The notes under the pieces: generated by a model | The model's input: the letters and a program-made list of their open reading frames with translations, nothing else | The model's database searches: none | What the model was told of the DNA's origin: nothing | Shown: positions 24,609-37,870 of the stretch, one piece after another | Layout of the letters: every line of letters begins with the position of its first letter | How positions within the stretch are numbered: position 1 is the stretch's first letter | Source of the DNA: Octopus sinensis | Lineage: Eukaryota | Length of the DNA stretch: 64,000 nt | Assembly (NCBI RefSeq): GCF_006345805.1 | Contig: NC_043005.1 | Coordinates: 92,566,001-92,630,000 of the forward strand | Direction: 5' to 3' | Translations under genes and position numbers: made by a program

Positions 24609-26149
24609 TTAAGCCCAAGGTCAGCTTTGGTCAAGCAGATCTATATCAAAAACATTTCAGCCATGACCACTTTGACATCTTCTAAACACTATCCAATAAA
24701 TCCTTCCATTTTTGATACAGTGGAGTACTCATTTGAGGGGAATTTGGCTGCTATTGCTAGTAAATTGAGCCACTGTCAGCTTGTTGCTAAGGATGCTGAG
24801 TTAGTAATAATAGTAAAGCACCAGTCAAAAAATAACCAGATAATATTTATTTCCATTCCTCTTGCTTGTATATTCTTTGTTCTTGAGCTCCTACATGGTC
24901 TTATGACTCCCTAGAAATAGCAATCAAATTTTATTAAACCCACATCTTTGAAAATGGGAAAACACTGGATGATGAAGTCTAAGGAATATTGTTTAAGTAT
25001 AAAATTGGATGATCATGGCTGGAACATTTTAATGAGATGTCTGACTGACCAGAACTGACTAAGGACTAAACAACAGCATCTCTTTATGACTTATAAAATA
25101 AGTATTAGTAATATACTCAAGTCCATTTCAATCAATTATGGATATGCCTTACCAAATTCTGGTTTCAAATTTTGGCACAAGGTCAGCAAGTTTGTGGAAG
25201 AGGGCTGGTTGATCACATCAATTCCAGTGTTCAACTGGTACTTATTTTGTTGACCACTGAAAGGATGAAAAGCAAAGTCAGAATTTGAACTCAAGACGAA
25301 TGAAATGCCACTAAACATTTTGTCGAATGTGCTAATGATTCTGCCATCTTGCAGCTTTGTTCACTAAATATTAATCTTGTGTCCCAGTAAGAAAATGTTA
25401 TCATTATTATTCTATTAAATAAGGTGACAATCTGGCAGAATTGTTAGCATGTTGCACAAAATGTTTAGTGGCATTTCTTCCAGCTCTTTACATTCTGAGT
25501 TCAAACACTGTCAAGGCCAACATTGCCTTTCATCCTTTGGGGGTTGATAACATTAACACCAGTGGTGTCCTGGTGTTAATGTTATCAACTTACCCCTCCT
25601 CTCAGAATTGCTGGCCTTGAGTAAAATTGGAAGTGGGTGTTATCTATAAGATAATCTAAAGCAGCATTTACCATTTGGGGTTCTCCAGAACCCTAAAATT
25701 CTGCAAGAGGTCACAAAGGATTTCACAAGAAATGGGATAAATAGGTTAATTATATGCAAATACATTGATGGAGAATTCATTCATAAATACGTTTTGTGAA
25801 TCTTTTTTCTATTTAATTCTATAATCATCATTTTATTATACATGCATGATGATGGTGTACAAGCATAATCCTTAGAACAGACAAAATTCCTTATGGTATT
25901 TCTTCCGACTCTATATTCTAAACCTTTATTTATCCTACACTTCCTTGTATTGAATCCACTTTTGAGATTTTGCTTTCTTGAATATAACATATGAGCTATT
26001 TAAGGCCTATTCATCCATCTGCCCGTCTGTTCGTCCACCTATCTGTTCATCCATCCATCCATCCATCTGTCTTTCTGCCCATTTGTCCATTATTCTGTCT
26101 GTATATCTAACTATATCTTTACACATACCCATCCACACACAACACATAC

Positions 26150-26288
<139 letters not shown>

Positions 26289-26711
26289 TAAGTCCTTTGT
26301 TTTATTTGGAAGAATATATTTACTAAATGCACTTAATGTTTTTGACAGCTTCTTGGTTTGATCTCATCTTCAGAAAGAAGAAGTGATGCTGGTACTAATG
26401 ATACTTTAAAAATCATCTTTGCAGGAAAGTCCTTTAATTGTTAACTACAAGTTGATTTTTTAGTTTATTACATGTATGCCCATAGAGCACATTGGCTACA
26501 TTGAATAGAATTTTGAACCTATTCCTTTTAAGGACACTGAACATAGCTATTTTCCTGTGGTATCAGAGTCTTGTCTTCTTTCTGTTTTTTTTAAACTTTA
26601 GCCTGGGATCTTTGGATTCTAGGTTTTGTTTCTACAGGGTGTTCAGGATAAATCTAACAATTTATGTATTTTTATTTCAGGTACAGCTTGATGTATCAGT
26701 GAACAACAGTC

Positions 26712-26945
26712 AATGGCGAACTGGCAGAAACGTTAGCAAGCCGGGCGAAATGCGTAACCGTATTTCGTCTGTTGTTACGTTGTGAGTTCAAATTCCACCA
26801 AGATCAACTTTGCCTTTCATCCTTTTGGGGTCGATAAATTAAGTACCAGTTATGCACTGGGGTCAATGTAATCGACTTAATACCTATGTCTGTCCTTGTT
26901 TGTCCCCCTCTATGCTTAGCCCCTTGTGGGTAATAAAGAAATAGG
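26712..26945 (+). mobile_element. tRNA-derived SINE
   Basis: Same family as 11824. Confidence 0.85.
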
Positions 26946-27014
26946 TATTGGAAAGCATAAAGATTAAAGTTGTAGATGAGAAAAAAGTTAGCTGACATCA
27001 AAGCCTGGAAGCCA

Positions 27015-27647
27015 TATGAATATTGGAAAAAAAGTTAGCTGTATCATGATGGTACATGCTGAGTATCAAAATGCTGACATTATGACTGCTGCTCTATACT
27101 CTGTGAACACTGTAAAGGCTGTAAGACATGAACAGCTGCAAAAACCAGAGCCAGCTGGAAGGGACACATGCCACTCCACTTCTTCAAACAAAGCTTTAAA
27201 CTCAGTTCAGATGGCTATGTGAAGTTGCTGGAATCCCTGGATTCCTTTCCTAGCCATACCTCCAAAAAGAGCCAGAAGTGGATGTTGGAGATTCTCTACA
27301 GATTCACTGTCCCCATTTTTTGGCCTCCTAATTTCTCCAATTGTAATCCCATAGATGTGTGGGGTACCATTGAGAAAGACACCGAGGCTGAGCTGATGGC
27401 CAAGATCAAGGAGATGTTCAAAGATCTTCCCAAGGGAGACAGTGCGGAATACATGCACCAGGTTCCAGTGCCGTTTTGAGGCTGTGGTGGAAGCTGAAGT
27501 GGGGGATACTTTGAGTAAAATCTTATCTCCCCACCCATAATCTTGTTGTGACATTTTTTGATTTTTTAAAATAGTTTTATTTTTAGAAGGGTTACTGTGT
27601 TTTCTTTTCTTTTTAGGCAAACTGTCGAATTTAGCCCAAACACCCTG
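27015..27647 (+). mobile_element. Tc1/IS630-like transposon 3' remnant
   Basis: PSHTSKKSQKW...FWPPNFSNCNPIDVWGTIEKD, a decayed WPPxSPDxNP motif. Ends in a TIR-like ...caaacaccctg followed by TA. Confidence 0.7.
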
Positions 27648-27669
27648 TACAGCAGAAATTTTATAAAAT

Positions 27670-27950
27670 CTTTTGTCATCTCTACTAAAAGAACTAAGTG
27701 ATCAAAAACCAGAGTTCCCACTCCATTGTTATAGCCTGAAAAACTATAATAAACAAGATGGGACTGAGAATCAAGCTTGCTCTAAATTCCTCAATGAACC
27801 TATTGCCAACTCTCACTTTGCTGGTTGCATCTCTGTACATGTCTTGTACTGCTCCCAACAGCCATTCCTTGTCTCCTAGTTTTTTTTTTGTGTTTTTTTG
27901 CAACCACCAGACTATAGCTCATGGTACTCTGTCAAAGGCTATCTGTAGAT
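27670..27950 (-). mobile_element. RTE RT fragment
   Basis: KLGDKEWLLGAVQDMYRDATSKVRVG...LSPILFIIVFQAIT. Confidence 0.75.
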
Positions 27951-28297
27951 CAACAACCGCTAGATAGAAAGTTACTTTCAAATGGGTAGTAAGAAGAGCA
28001 TCTAGCTTTAGAAAAATCTGCCTCAAAGTTTCATCTTGATATTAAAATGATGATGATGATGATATATATTATTTGCTGTGTTTTTGTTTTGGTTAACAAA
28101 AAAAGAATGTTAACAATCCTCAATGTACAATGCTTATAAACAATAGATGCTTATAAATGGGTGTGGTGTCTGCTGTATAGTGTGTGTGTGTAGTAATTTG
28201 GATTATAGGTACATACCTAAAGGCTGCATCAAACCTTTGTCAGAATTTTGTAATCCAAGTTATCACACACACATAATTATATATCAGGAGACAATTA

Positions 28298-28389
28298 GAT
28301 AGATAGATAGATAGATAGATAAATAGATAGATGGATAGATAGATAGATAGATAGATAGAAAGATAAATAGATAGATGGATAGATAGATG

Positions 28390-28423
<34 letters not shown>

Positions 28424-28615
28424 AAGATAAATAGATAGATGGATAGATAGATGGATAGATAGATAGATAGATAGATAAATAGATAGATGGATAGATAGAT
28501 AGATGGATAGATAGATAGATATATAGATAGATAGATGGATGGATAGATGGATGGCCAGGCGGACAGACAGATGGATGGACAGACGGACGGACGGACGGAT
28601 GGATGGATAGATAAA
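28298..28615. repeat. (GATA)n/(GATG)n/(GACG)n compound microsatellite
   Basis: Directly visible. Confidence 0.95.
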
Positions 28616-28864
28616 TAGTCTCACATGTATACACACACATACACATATACGTATAAACATAAATAGACAAAGTGAAGGTTTGGTAAGAGAAACAGAAAAA
28701 GAGCAAGAAAAGAGAGAGAGAAGAAAAGGGAAAGAGAGAGAGAGAGAGAGAGAAAGAGAAATAGACAAGTAAGGCTAGAAAAGGACAAGCATGGGACAAG
28801 GCCAAAATACATAAACAACTAAAAAGTAAGGGATTAAATTAGTTTTACCTTAATTAATGCTCAC

Positions 28865-29051
28865 CTTCTGTTCAGTGTGGAGATGTCAAAGCGCCTAAAT
28901 GCTTTTATTTTTCTCCTCTTCTTCTTCTCATTATTGTTGTTGTTGCTGTTCTTTTGTCCTGTCTGTTACTGGCATTTTCTATTGCTTTTGTTTTTAATTA
29001 ACCTTTTTTTCTTCCAACAAAAACTCCACAGCTGGCTCCACTATTTAGAAT
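28865..29051 (-). other. Candidate non-coding (5' UTR) exon of the membrane-protein gene
   Basis: Non-repetitive 187-nt segment bounded by acceptor tttgtttcttTAG and donor AAG|GTGAGC. It has stops in all three frames. Inferred from splice signals only. Confidence 0.25.
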
Positions 29052-30047
29052 CTAAAGAAACAAATGGTTAAAAGAAAACGTATAAACACCATCGGCCTGT
29101 CTGTTGCATCTTGTCATGCCATGTCAAATCAGGGGCTTAATCTTTGTTTGTTGTTGTTGTTGTGGAGCCTCTTTTTCTCTTTATTTAGAGGTAAGATGGT
29201 TAAGTACCGAGAAGAGTGTTGTTTGTGCAGGCCTGTGGCCAAGTGGTTAGGGTAGTCAGCCTATGGTCATAAGGTTGTGGGTTCAGTTCTTAGACCAGGC
29301 AACACATTATGTCCTTCAGCAAGTTGCTTCATTTCATATTATTCCAATTTATTCAGTTGTAAATGAGTACCAACCAGGGTACTGGTGCAGCTCTCTCAAC
29401 CCTCTAGTTGTCACATCCTGCATCTTCTACTGGGTCAAAGATGGGGGTATCAAGGAGTTTTTGTGTGTCTGTCTACTTGTGTGACTACATAGGCATCCTA
29501 AAACAAGCCATATTCAGCTGATTAAATGGGAGTAACGTAAAATGTGTTGCCTGGTTGAAGAATTGAACCCACAACTATATGACCATAGACCAAATATCCT
29601 AACCACTAGGCTACAAGCAACACTTGCAAGTGATTGCTGGTTGTGCTTTATAGATAATGACTTAGCCTTTTGTCAGTGTCATTGATGGTTGTGAAAGCAT
29701 GTAGCCTGGTGGTTAGGACATCACATTGACAGTTACAAGATGGCTGTTTTGATTTCAGAACCTAGCACTTTAAACTGCATCAGGTAGTGGGGCCCTAATT
29801 TGGGATTTCCATGGTTTTGAGGAGTGTGGAATCATCTCTTAGCTGTTATTGTTTCCCAGTCTACTCTGACCCACAGTAGTAGCACCTGTCAGGGTCCCAA
29901 CAAAGGGTTAATTAGCATGGTATGGTTAGACAGGTAGGTGGCATCTCAGATTTAACCCAGTTGGACGTTCAACATATTACAGTTCTCATATTACACTAAT
30001 ATTAGATCTTTCCTCCCTCTCTCTCTCTCTCTTTCTCTCTGGAGCAT

Positions 30048-30211
30048 AGGCATGGCTGTTTGGTAAGAAGTTTGTTTCCAAACTGTATGGTTCTGAGTTC
30101 AGTCTCACTGTGAGACACCTCAAGCAAGTGTCTTCTACCATAGCCCCAAGCTGACCAATCCCTTGTGAATGGATATGGTAGTGGGAAACTGAAAGAAACC
30201 TGTCATGTTTA

Positions 30212-30250
<39 letters not shown>

Positions 30251-30420
30251 GTCTCTTTGTCCTGACATCCTTGAGAGTTATAAATGAGTGTCACTGCTAT
30301 GCAAGTGCTGTTCCTCATTACTAGACTTCTGTGAAAATATGACTGGTTTTAGAGAAATATTACCTCATTTGGAAACAGGTGAGGGTTAGTGACAGAAAGG
30401 GCATTAGACTGTACAAATTC
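30048..30420 (+). mobile_element. Second tRNA-derived SINE family (representative copy)
   Basis: ggcatggctgt...ggttctgagttcagtctcactg...gcaagtgtcttctaccatagcc...gaaactgaaagaa. Related copies near 21480-21615(-), 53180-53320, 53900-54260, 57000-57430, 58640-58790(-) and 61905-62060. Confidence 0.7.
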
Positions 30421-30856
30421 CACACAGATAGATGGATGGAACATAGATAGATAGATGGATGGAACATAGATAGATAGATGGATAAATACATAGATACATG
30501 CACAATACATATTCATACATACAAACATACATATTTTGGTGTACTTGGTAATGCTAGTAAATATTGAAGGGATAATCTCGAAAAGCAAGGGTTTTTTAGG
30601 CAAAGAAAGAAGGTGACTAACACACACTTTATATACAAAATCTATAAGGGAAACAGAGAAAATATGCAAGACTTTCCAGAAAGTTGATTTATATCAACCA
30701 AATTCTAGTCAAGGAACTTCTGCTTCTTTGTTAGAAACCAGTTCCCTCTTTTGAGGAAGAGGTCTAATATATAAATTAAAAAATGCACACACACACATGC
30801 ATGCATGCACACATGCATGCATGCACACATGCATGCATGCACACACATACAAAATA

Positions 30857-30924
<68 letters not shown>

Positions 30925-31791
30925 CACACCACACACACACACAAAATCAAATAGTCAAGAGTTTACATTTGGATAACTGCTTAATTTATACCCAGTAATA
31001 AATTAAAGCTCAATACAAATGAAAAATTTGTATTCATTTGATTCTCTGTATGAAAAATTTCTTAAAGAAGATATCTTTCTTGTAACTTTTTTTGCAACTC
31101 CTATTACCAAATAATACATGTGTAATGGTGAATAAATAATACCAAAAGAATTTTTTCCAACCATCTGTTTTGATGTGTCTCTCCAAACACTGTGTATCCG
31201 TATTTTTCAACTCTTATGCATACCTCAAGTAATTATAACATCTACATACAATTTTAGACTACTGGAATATGCAGATGTGTTTTCTGAGGACACAACTTAG
31301 ATTTTAATCCTAGCTACAGGCATACATATATATTATAATTGCTTGTGACATTACATAAGTAACTCAAGGAGTGATGCATGATACTCTCGGCCCTTAAAGC
31401 ACTTATGTAACTTTATAGCCAATGTAATCTTATGTTCTGAATTCTGTTTCTTCTGTTTGTTCTACCAAACCTATATACATATATATATATATGTACCCAC
31501 ACACGCCCCGCCCCTACACTTTTTTCTGACTTAAGGCTTTATTTGTGGGTTAACCCACAAGTAAAGAATATTTATCCACCAGTGCAGTGTTGAGCACTCA
31601 TCCTCACTGTTTGACATTAGCATGTACACTACACATCCTTTATTTTCTCTCCTTGTTTCTTTCTGTGTTCCTTTCTGTGGAAGAGCGTAGGCTCGAAACA
31701 TTAAAGACTTTTTCACTTCCGAACCATTATACTAATACATCTGTTTGTTATCTACACCACCTGTCTTCGTCTTTTGTTTTTTGTGAATTCT

Positions 31792-31839
<48 letters not shown>

Positions 31840-31899
31840 CGATGATGATGATGATGATGATATATATGATCCAAGGTAAGCACAGCAGGCCATCCTGCG

Positions 31900-33494
31900 A
31901 GCCATGAATTCACTTCATTTGTCAGATCTTCGCAGTCACTGTATATCTCCAGAGGTCTCGGTCTTTCGTCATTGCCTCTGTGAGGTGGTCCAACGTTTGA
32001 AGGTCATGTTTGACCACCTCATCCCATCTCTTCCTGGGTTTACCTCTACCCCTGATTCCTTCAACAGTTTGGAAGTGGCACTTCTTCACACATCTCTCCT
32101 CATCCATCTGTAGTACATGACCATACCAACGCAAACGTTTCTCCTGCATGCCACATCCAATGCTTGTTATGTCCAACATTTCTCTCAAGGCGCTTACATT
32201 CTGTTGTGCATGGACACTGACATTATACATCCAGCAGATCAATTCTTTCTAGCTAGCTTCATTTCTTTCAAGCCTACGCATGTCCTCTGCAGTCACAGCC
32301 CATGTTTCACTACCGTGAAGCTTAGCAGTTCGCACACATGCGTCGTACAATCTATCTTTTACTCTGAGCGAGAGACCCTTTGTCACAAGAAGGGAAGAAA
32401 CTTTCTAAACTTTGCTCAGGCTATTCTTATTCTAGTGGTGACACTCTCTGAGCATCCACCCTTGCTACTAACTTAGTCACCCAGGTAGCAGAAGCTATCA
32501 ACTACTTCTAGTTTCTTCCCCTGGAGTGTAATGGAATCTGTTTTCTGAGTATCCGTGGTGTCTATTGCTCCAGTGCATCTGCCGCACATGAAAGCTATCT
32601 TCTCGGTTAATTTTCCTTTGATGTTGCTACACCTTTTATGTGTCCATAGCTTACACTGGGTACATCTTATGGAGGTTCTACCTACACCTTTTCTACAGAT
32701 CGAGCAGGGCCACCTACATGAGTGGGTATGTCGTGAGTTTGCCTTTCTACTTACTATAACTTTGGTCTTTGCTACATTGACTCTAAGGCCATTTGATTCT
32801 AAACCTAGCTTCCACACCTGAAATTTCTTTTCTAGTTCCGGTAGTGATTCTGCTATGAGGGCCAGGTCATCAGCACAGAGAAGCTCCCAGGGGCAACCCA
32901 TCTTGAATCCCTCTGTTATTGCCTGGAGGACTATGATGAACAAAAGGGGACTGGGGGCTGAACCTTGGTGGACCCCTACTTCTACTCGGAATTCTTCACT
33001 ATACTCATTGCCAATCCTAACCTTACTAACGGCCTCTCTGTATAGGGCCTGTACAGCCCTTATTAACCATTCGTCAATCTCCAGTTTCCGCATCGCCCAC
33101 CAGATAAAGGATCAGGGGACCCTGCCAAAGGCTTTCTCCAAGTCTACAAAAGCTAAGTATAGGGGTTTATTTTTAGCTAGGTATTTCTCCTGAAGTTGTC
33201 GAACCAGGAATATGGCATCAGTGGTGCTTCTACCTGGCGCAAAACCGAACTGCATCTCATCTAAGCAGACTCTCTCTCTCTAATAAGATGTGCTATGACC
33301 CTCTCCATGACCTTCATCACCTGATCCAGCAGTTTGATACCTCTGTAGTTATTTCTATCTAGAGTATCACCTTTACCCTTGTAGCAGTTGATTATGGTGC
33401 TGCTACACCAGTCGTTGGGTATGACTCCATCATGAACTACCTGGTTTACAATGCGGGTGACTAGGCCATAGCCCACACCACCAGATGTTTTAAG

Positions 33495-33497
<3 letters not shown>
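31900..33497 (-). mobile_element. RTE-clade LINE fragment (RT with embedded PHD-like finger), disrupted
   Basis: YKGKGD..DRNNYRGIKLL, QFGF, FVDLEKAF, GVHQGS, LCADD, PHD-like C4HC3 and RLRWYGHV motifs. Confidence 0.92.
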
Positions 33498-33543
<46 letters not shown>

Positions 33544-34081
33544 TAATAATAATCCAACATTCTAATATCCGAAAGTTGATGAACAAACTAAATTTGTTTC
33601 TCCATTTTCTTATTTGTATTATAAATTTACAGTAAAAATATTTCTTTACCTTCACCCGTTTAATACAATAAATGAGTTAATTGCATTGCAATTAAAAACA
33701 TTTATGTATTAAGAATGTGGGTACTGTACCAACAGTATATTGGATAAATACTATCCCATAGTGGGTTACACTCTAAAGAATAGAGCAGTAATGTATTTGT
33801 AAGGATATATATGCATTTACAAGCATGTATTTACATGCATATATATATATTTTACAATGAAAAGTGTGGGTGCATGCATGTTAATATCATAAAATTATAA
33901 GTTATTATACCTGGAAAAGTACAGAACTAGATTTCTACAGTAAAATTTGCCTTATTTGTCACCTCCAAAGGAAACTAAAAGGTACTTAAAATTAAAATTC
34001 TACTGTACTTAAAATATTGTAGCCAAGAATAACATTTTTAAAATTTACTATATTTTATTAAAGCAAAAATTATAAAAACAT

Positions 34082-34237
34082 TACTGGGTTTTTCCAAAAA
34101 TAAGCCCATCCGAATTTAAGCCTCTTTTCATGTATAGCCCCAGTAATTTTTATTATTTTCAGAAAAAATTATTTATGCAAAGTTATTTTTAAGTCTGTAT
34201 TTAAGCCCTTGGCCTTATTTTTGGAAAAAAGCAGTAT
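34082..34237. mobile_element. Tigger/pogo-like MITE
   Basis: About 25-bp imperfect TIRs tactg..ttttccaaaaataag.cca / tggccttatttttggaaaaaagcagta, with TA at both ends. Confidence 0.6.
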
Positions 34238-34723
34238 TTTAAAAGTGAAATAAAATAAAATTAATTTTAAAAAATACAATAGAATTTGCCTAATTGGGAG
34301 AAAACTGAGTGATGAATTAAGTGAAGTAATGAATTAACCAAAGATATCTTTAATTTTATATTTTAAATCAAAACAATGTGAATTATAAGAAATAATACAT
34401 GACAATTTTGTTGTGTATGGAGAGAGTCATACTACTTTGATACCTTAATAATGTCTAAGATACTCTCACTGGTTCAATTTCCACTCATTTCTTGTTTATT
34501 TATATTTTTCTTTCTAAACTTTTCGTTGCTTTTGCAACTTTGTTAATGGATGTACATGACAATTGTTTGTATTTTTAAGTTGTATTTCAATACTTCAGGG
34601 TTAGAACCCCTTCTTACAGAAATCTTTGGAGATTTTCTGAAGAAAGGACCCTGAAATATTGAAATACAAAGTAAATTAACAAATCATTAACTTGTATTAT
34701 CTTTTATAATTCACATTGTTTTG

Positions 34724-34768
<45 letters not shown>

Positions 34769-35184
34769 ATATATAGATATATATATATATATCAGGGTAA
34801 GCACAGAAATGTGAAACAAGGTGGAAAAAGAATACTCAAATAACAGAGGTAGAGTAATATGCTTTATTTAAAAGCAGCAGAATTATAACAAAAGCTGTTA
34901 CTCAGAGTTTCACATATGTGTGTGTGTGTGTGTGTGTGTACGCGTGTGTGTGTGTAAGTATGCATATATGCATGTATGTATGCATGCATGTATTTATATA
35001 TGTAAATATATATATATGCAAATGTATATGTATTATATTCATCTATCTATCTATCTGTCAATCTATCCATCTATTTATATATATTTATATATGTGTGTGT
35101 GTGTATATATTTATGCACACATATATATGTGTTTGTATGTTATGTGTGTATAATGTATGTAGACACAAAGAGACATATGAAGAC

Positions 35185-35465
<281 letters not shown>

Positions 35466-35741
35466 CACACACATGCACATACATACACACACACATATAC
35501 ACACATGCATGCAAACAAAAAAACGTACATTGTACATACCATTACACATGTGAAACAGTTGCATCTCTCTGCAAACACCTGACAGAAAGGTATCCCTTCT
35601 TCCTGTGTTTCTTGGTTGGTGTCATGTTGTTTTTGATGCTGATGTTGCTTATGATGATGATGTCATTTCTGATCTTCACTAATGGCACAATGTTAACAGT
35701 CAGACAGTTAGGCAGGGAGATATGGTTAACTGGGCAATAGA

Positions 35742-35827
35742 GGAGGAGGAGGAGGAGTAGAAGAAGAAGAAGAAGAAGAAGAAGAAGAAGAAGAAGAAGA
35801 AGAAGAAGAAGAAGAAGAAGAAGAAGA

Positions 35828-35875
<48 letters not shown>
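35742..35875. repeat. (GAG)n-(GAA)n-(GA)n compound polypurine tract
   Basis: Directly visible. Confidence 0.95.
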
Positions 35876-35877
<2 letters not shown>

Positions 35878-36964
35878 CTAAGTGGCTGACTGGTTGGCTG
35901 GCAGTCTACTGGTTTACTCAACACAGTAGTGACATAGAGAAAAAGAGAGAGGGTAAAGAGAAAGATATAGGGGAGAGAGAGAAAGAGAGGGAAGAGGGAG
36001 AGAGACAATGAGAATAATGAACAGATAGACACATAAGTAGATGGAGTGGGGAGGTGTTGATAAAGAGTTAAGTAATATAAAAGAAAAAGAATAAGTGGAG
36101 AGAAGGGGAAGAGAGAAAAGGGCACACAGACAGGAGACAAACAGACAAGGGTTAAACAGAGAAAAGTGAGACAGACAAACAGACAGATGGTGAGGTAGTA
36201 GGCAAATGGTCAGACAGACAAGTCTGGGATTAGAGACACAGATAGACTGAAAGACAAGATAAGTTTGTAGATAGACAAGTTTGAGACCCCGAAAGAACAG
36301 AGAGATAAGTCTGTGATTAGACACAGACACACTGAGAAACGGACAGATAAGTCTGTGGTTAGAGAGACTGACAACTGGACAGGCAGGCAGGACACAAGTA
36401 GGCTGATGGGCAAGCGGAGTGGCAAGAAGAAAGGCAGACAAATCTGTAGTTTGAAACAAACTAAAAGGTGTATTTGTGTTTAGTAAGAAAAGTCTGAGGT
36501 CAGATAAGCATCTCTGTGGCTAGAGAAATACATTGACAGGGAGAAAGACAAATCTGTGGTTAGATGGACATCCAGCCAAACAAAGAGATTAGGCTCGGTC
36601 AACTTTTGCAAAAAGTGGGCTGCGCATGAGACATGGTTGAGCATTAGATAGGCCACATTTTTCGTTAGGCATACTGTTATAAAAGTCCTGCAGGTTGCAG
36701 GTTGTATATGACTTTTGAAGATCCTGCATTTGTCTTTACAGTAACATGTGGAAACTTAGAAAAGAAGGGAGAAATAGATGAATAAATGAAAGAAAGAAAG
36801 ATGGAAGAAGAAAAGAAAGAAAATATGAATGAAAGAATAAAGAAAGTATGAAAAAAATGAATGCTGCTTATGGACTAAAACATACAATAAACAGAAGAAA
36901 AAAAAAACACTCCAGCACATTCCCTCTAATCATAAGCAGCAGTCAGCTAGAGCCTTTGTAGTTA

Positions 36965-37520
36965 CTCCCAACTGTGGGCCTCACTATCACTGAGGATGTC
37001 TCCTGGGGAAAGTACATCCTTAGCATAGCTAGGATCACATCTCAAAGACTAGGCCTTCCTTTTAGAGCCAAATGTTATTTCAGTTTCCAACAACTGCCCC
37101 TACAAGTTTCAAGTGAGACCTCCAATGGAGTACTTACTGTGCTGACATCTGGGAGTGAGATGCTATTATACACAATGAGATCCTGAACTGAATCCAGAAA
37201 AAGGTCACCCACTTATTAGCATCCCATCACTAATGGACACACTTCAGCTTCTAACCTATAGTTAAGCTATCTCCTCTGTCTCTCTGTGTTTTCTGTTGCT
37301 ACTACAATAGCCTCTGCTGATTGGTCTCGTATCTCTACACTCAACTGTTCCTGACCCACTCATCTTTCCATCTTTCACCATCCTCGTTTTGTCGAACCCC
37401 TCTTTCCCTGCTGTAACCACTATGTCCAGTCCTTTCTCAGAACATCTTCCCTCTAGAATCTCCTCCTTTGTTCATGTCTCTCCTGCAGGTGTTAATGTGC
37501 AACAATTCAAATGAAACATT
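36965..37520 (+). mobile_element. Decayed L2/CR1-group LINE RT C-terminal fragment
   Basis: GLTITEDVSWGKYILSIARITSQRLGL...QVRPPMEY motifs. Confidence 0.65.
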
Positions 37521-37534
37521 AATGGCAAAAATGC

Positions 37535-37870
37535 ATAATTGGCTCATTTAGAACCTCAATCACTGGTTCATGAAGAGGTGCTTTCATTGGCTCATTAGGG
37601 ACTTCCACATTGACTTTGGTAGTGATTTCCTCAATGGCTCAAGTACAGATCCATTGTTGGCTCATGTACAGGTGTCTCTTTTTGGCTTTTGTAAGGACAT
37701 TCTTGTTGGCTCAGTTAGAGATTCCATTGCTAACTCATATAAAGGCCCCAATGTTGGCTCAAATAATGGCCCCCAACATTGGTTTCTTTGTGTAGAAGTC
37801 CTCTCACTGGCTCATATAGAAACTCTTTTGTTACCTCCCATGGAAACCTTCTTGATGGCTTATGAAGAAG
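37535..37870. repeat. Degenerate ~24-bp minisatellite, about 14 units, core (t)tggctca
   Basis: The core recurs at 37541, 37565, 37589, 37612, 37636, 37659, 37684, 37708, 37732, 37756 and onward. Confidence 0.75.
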
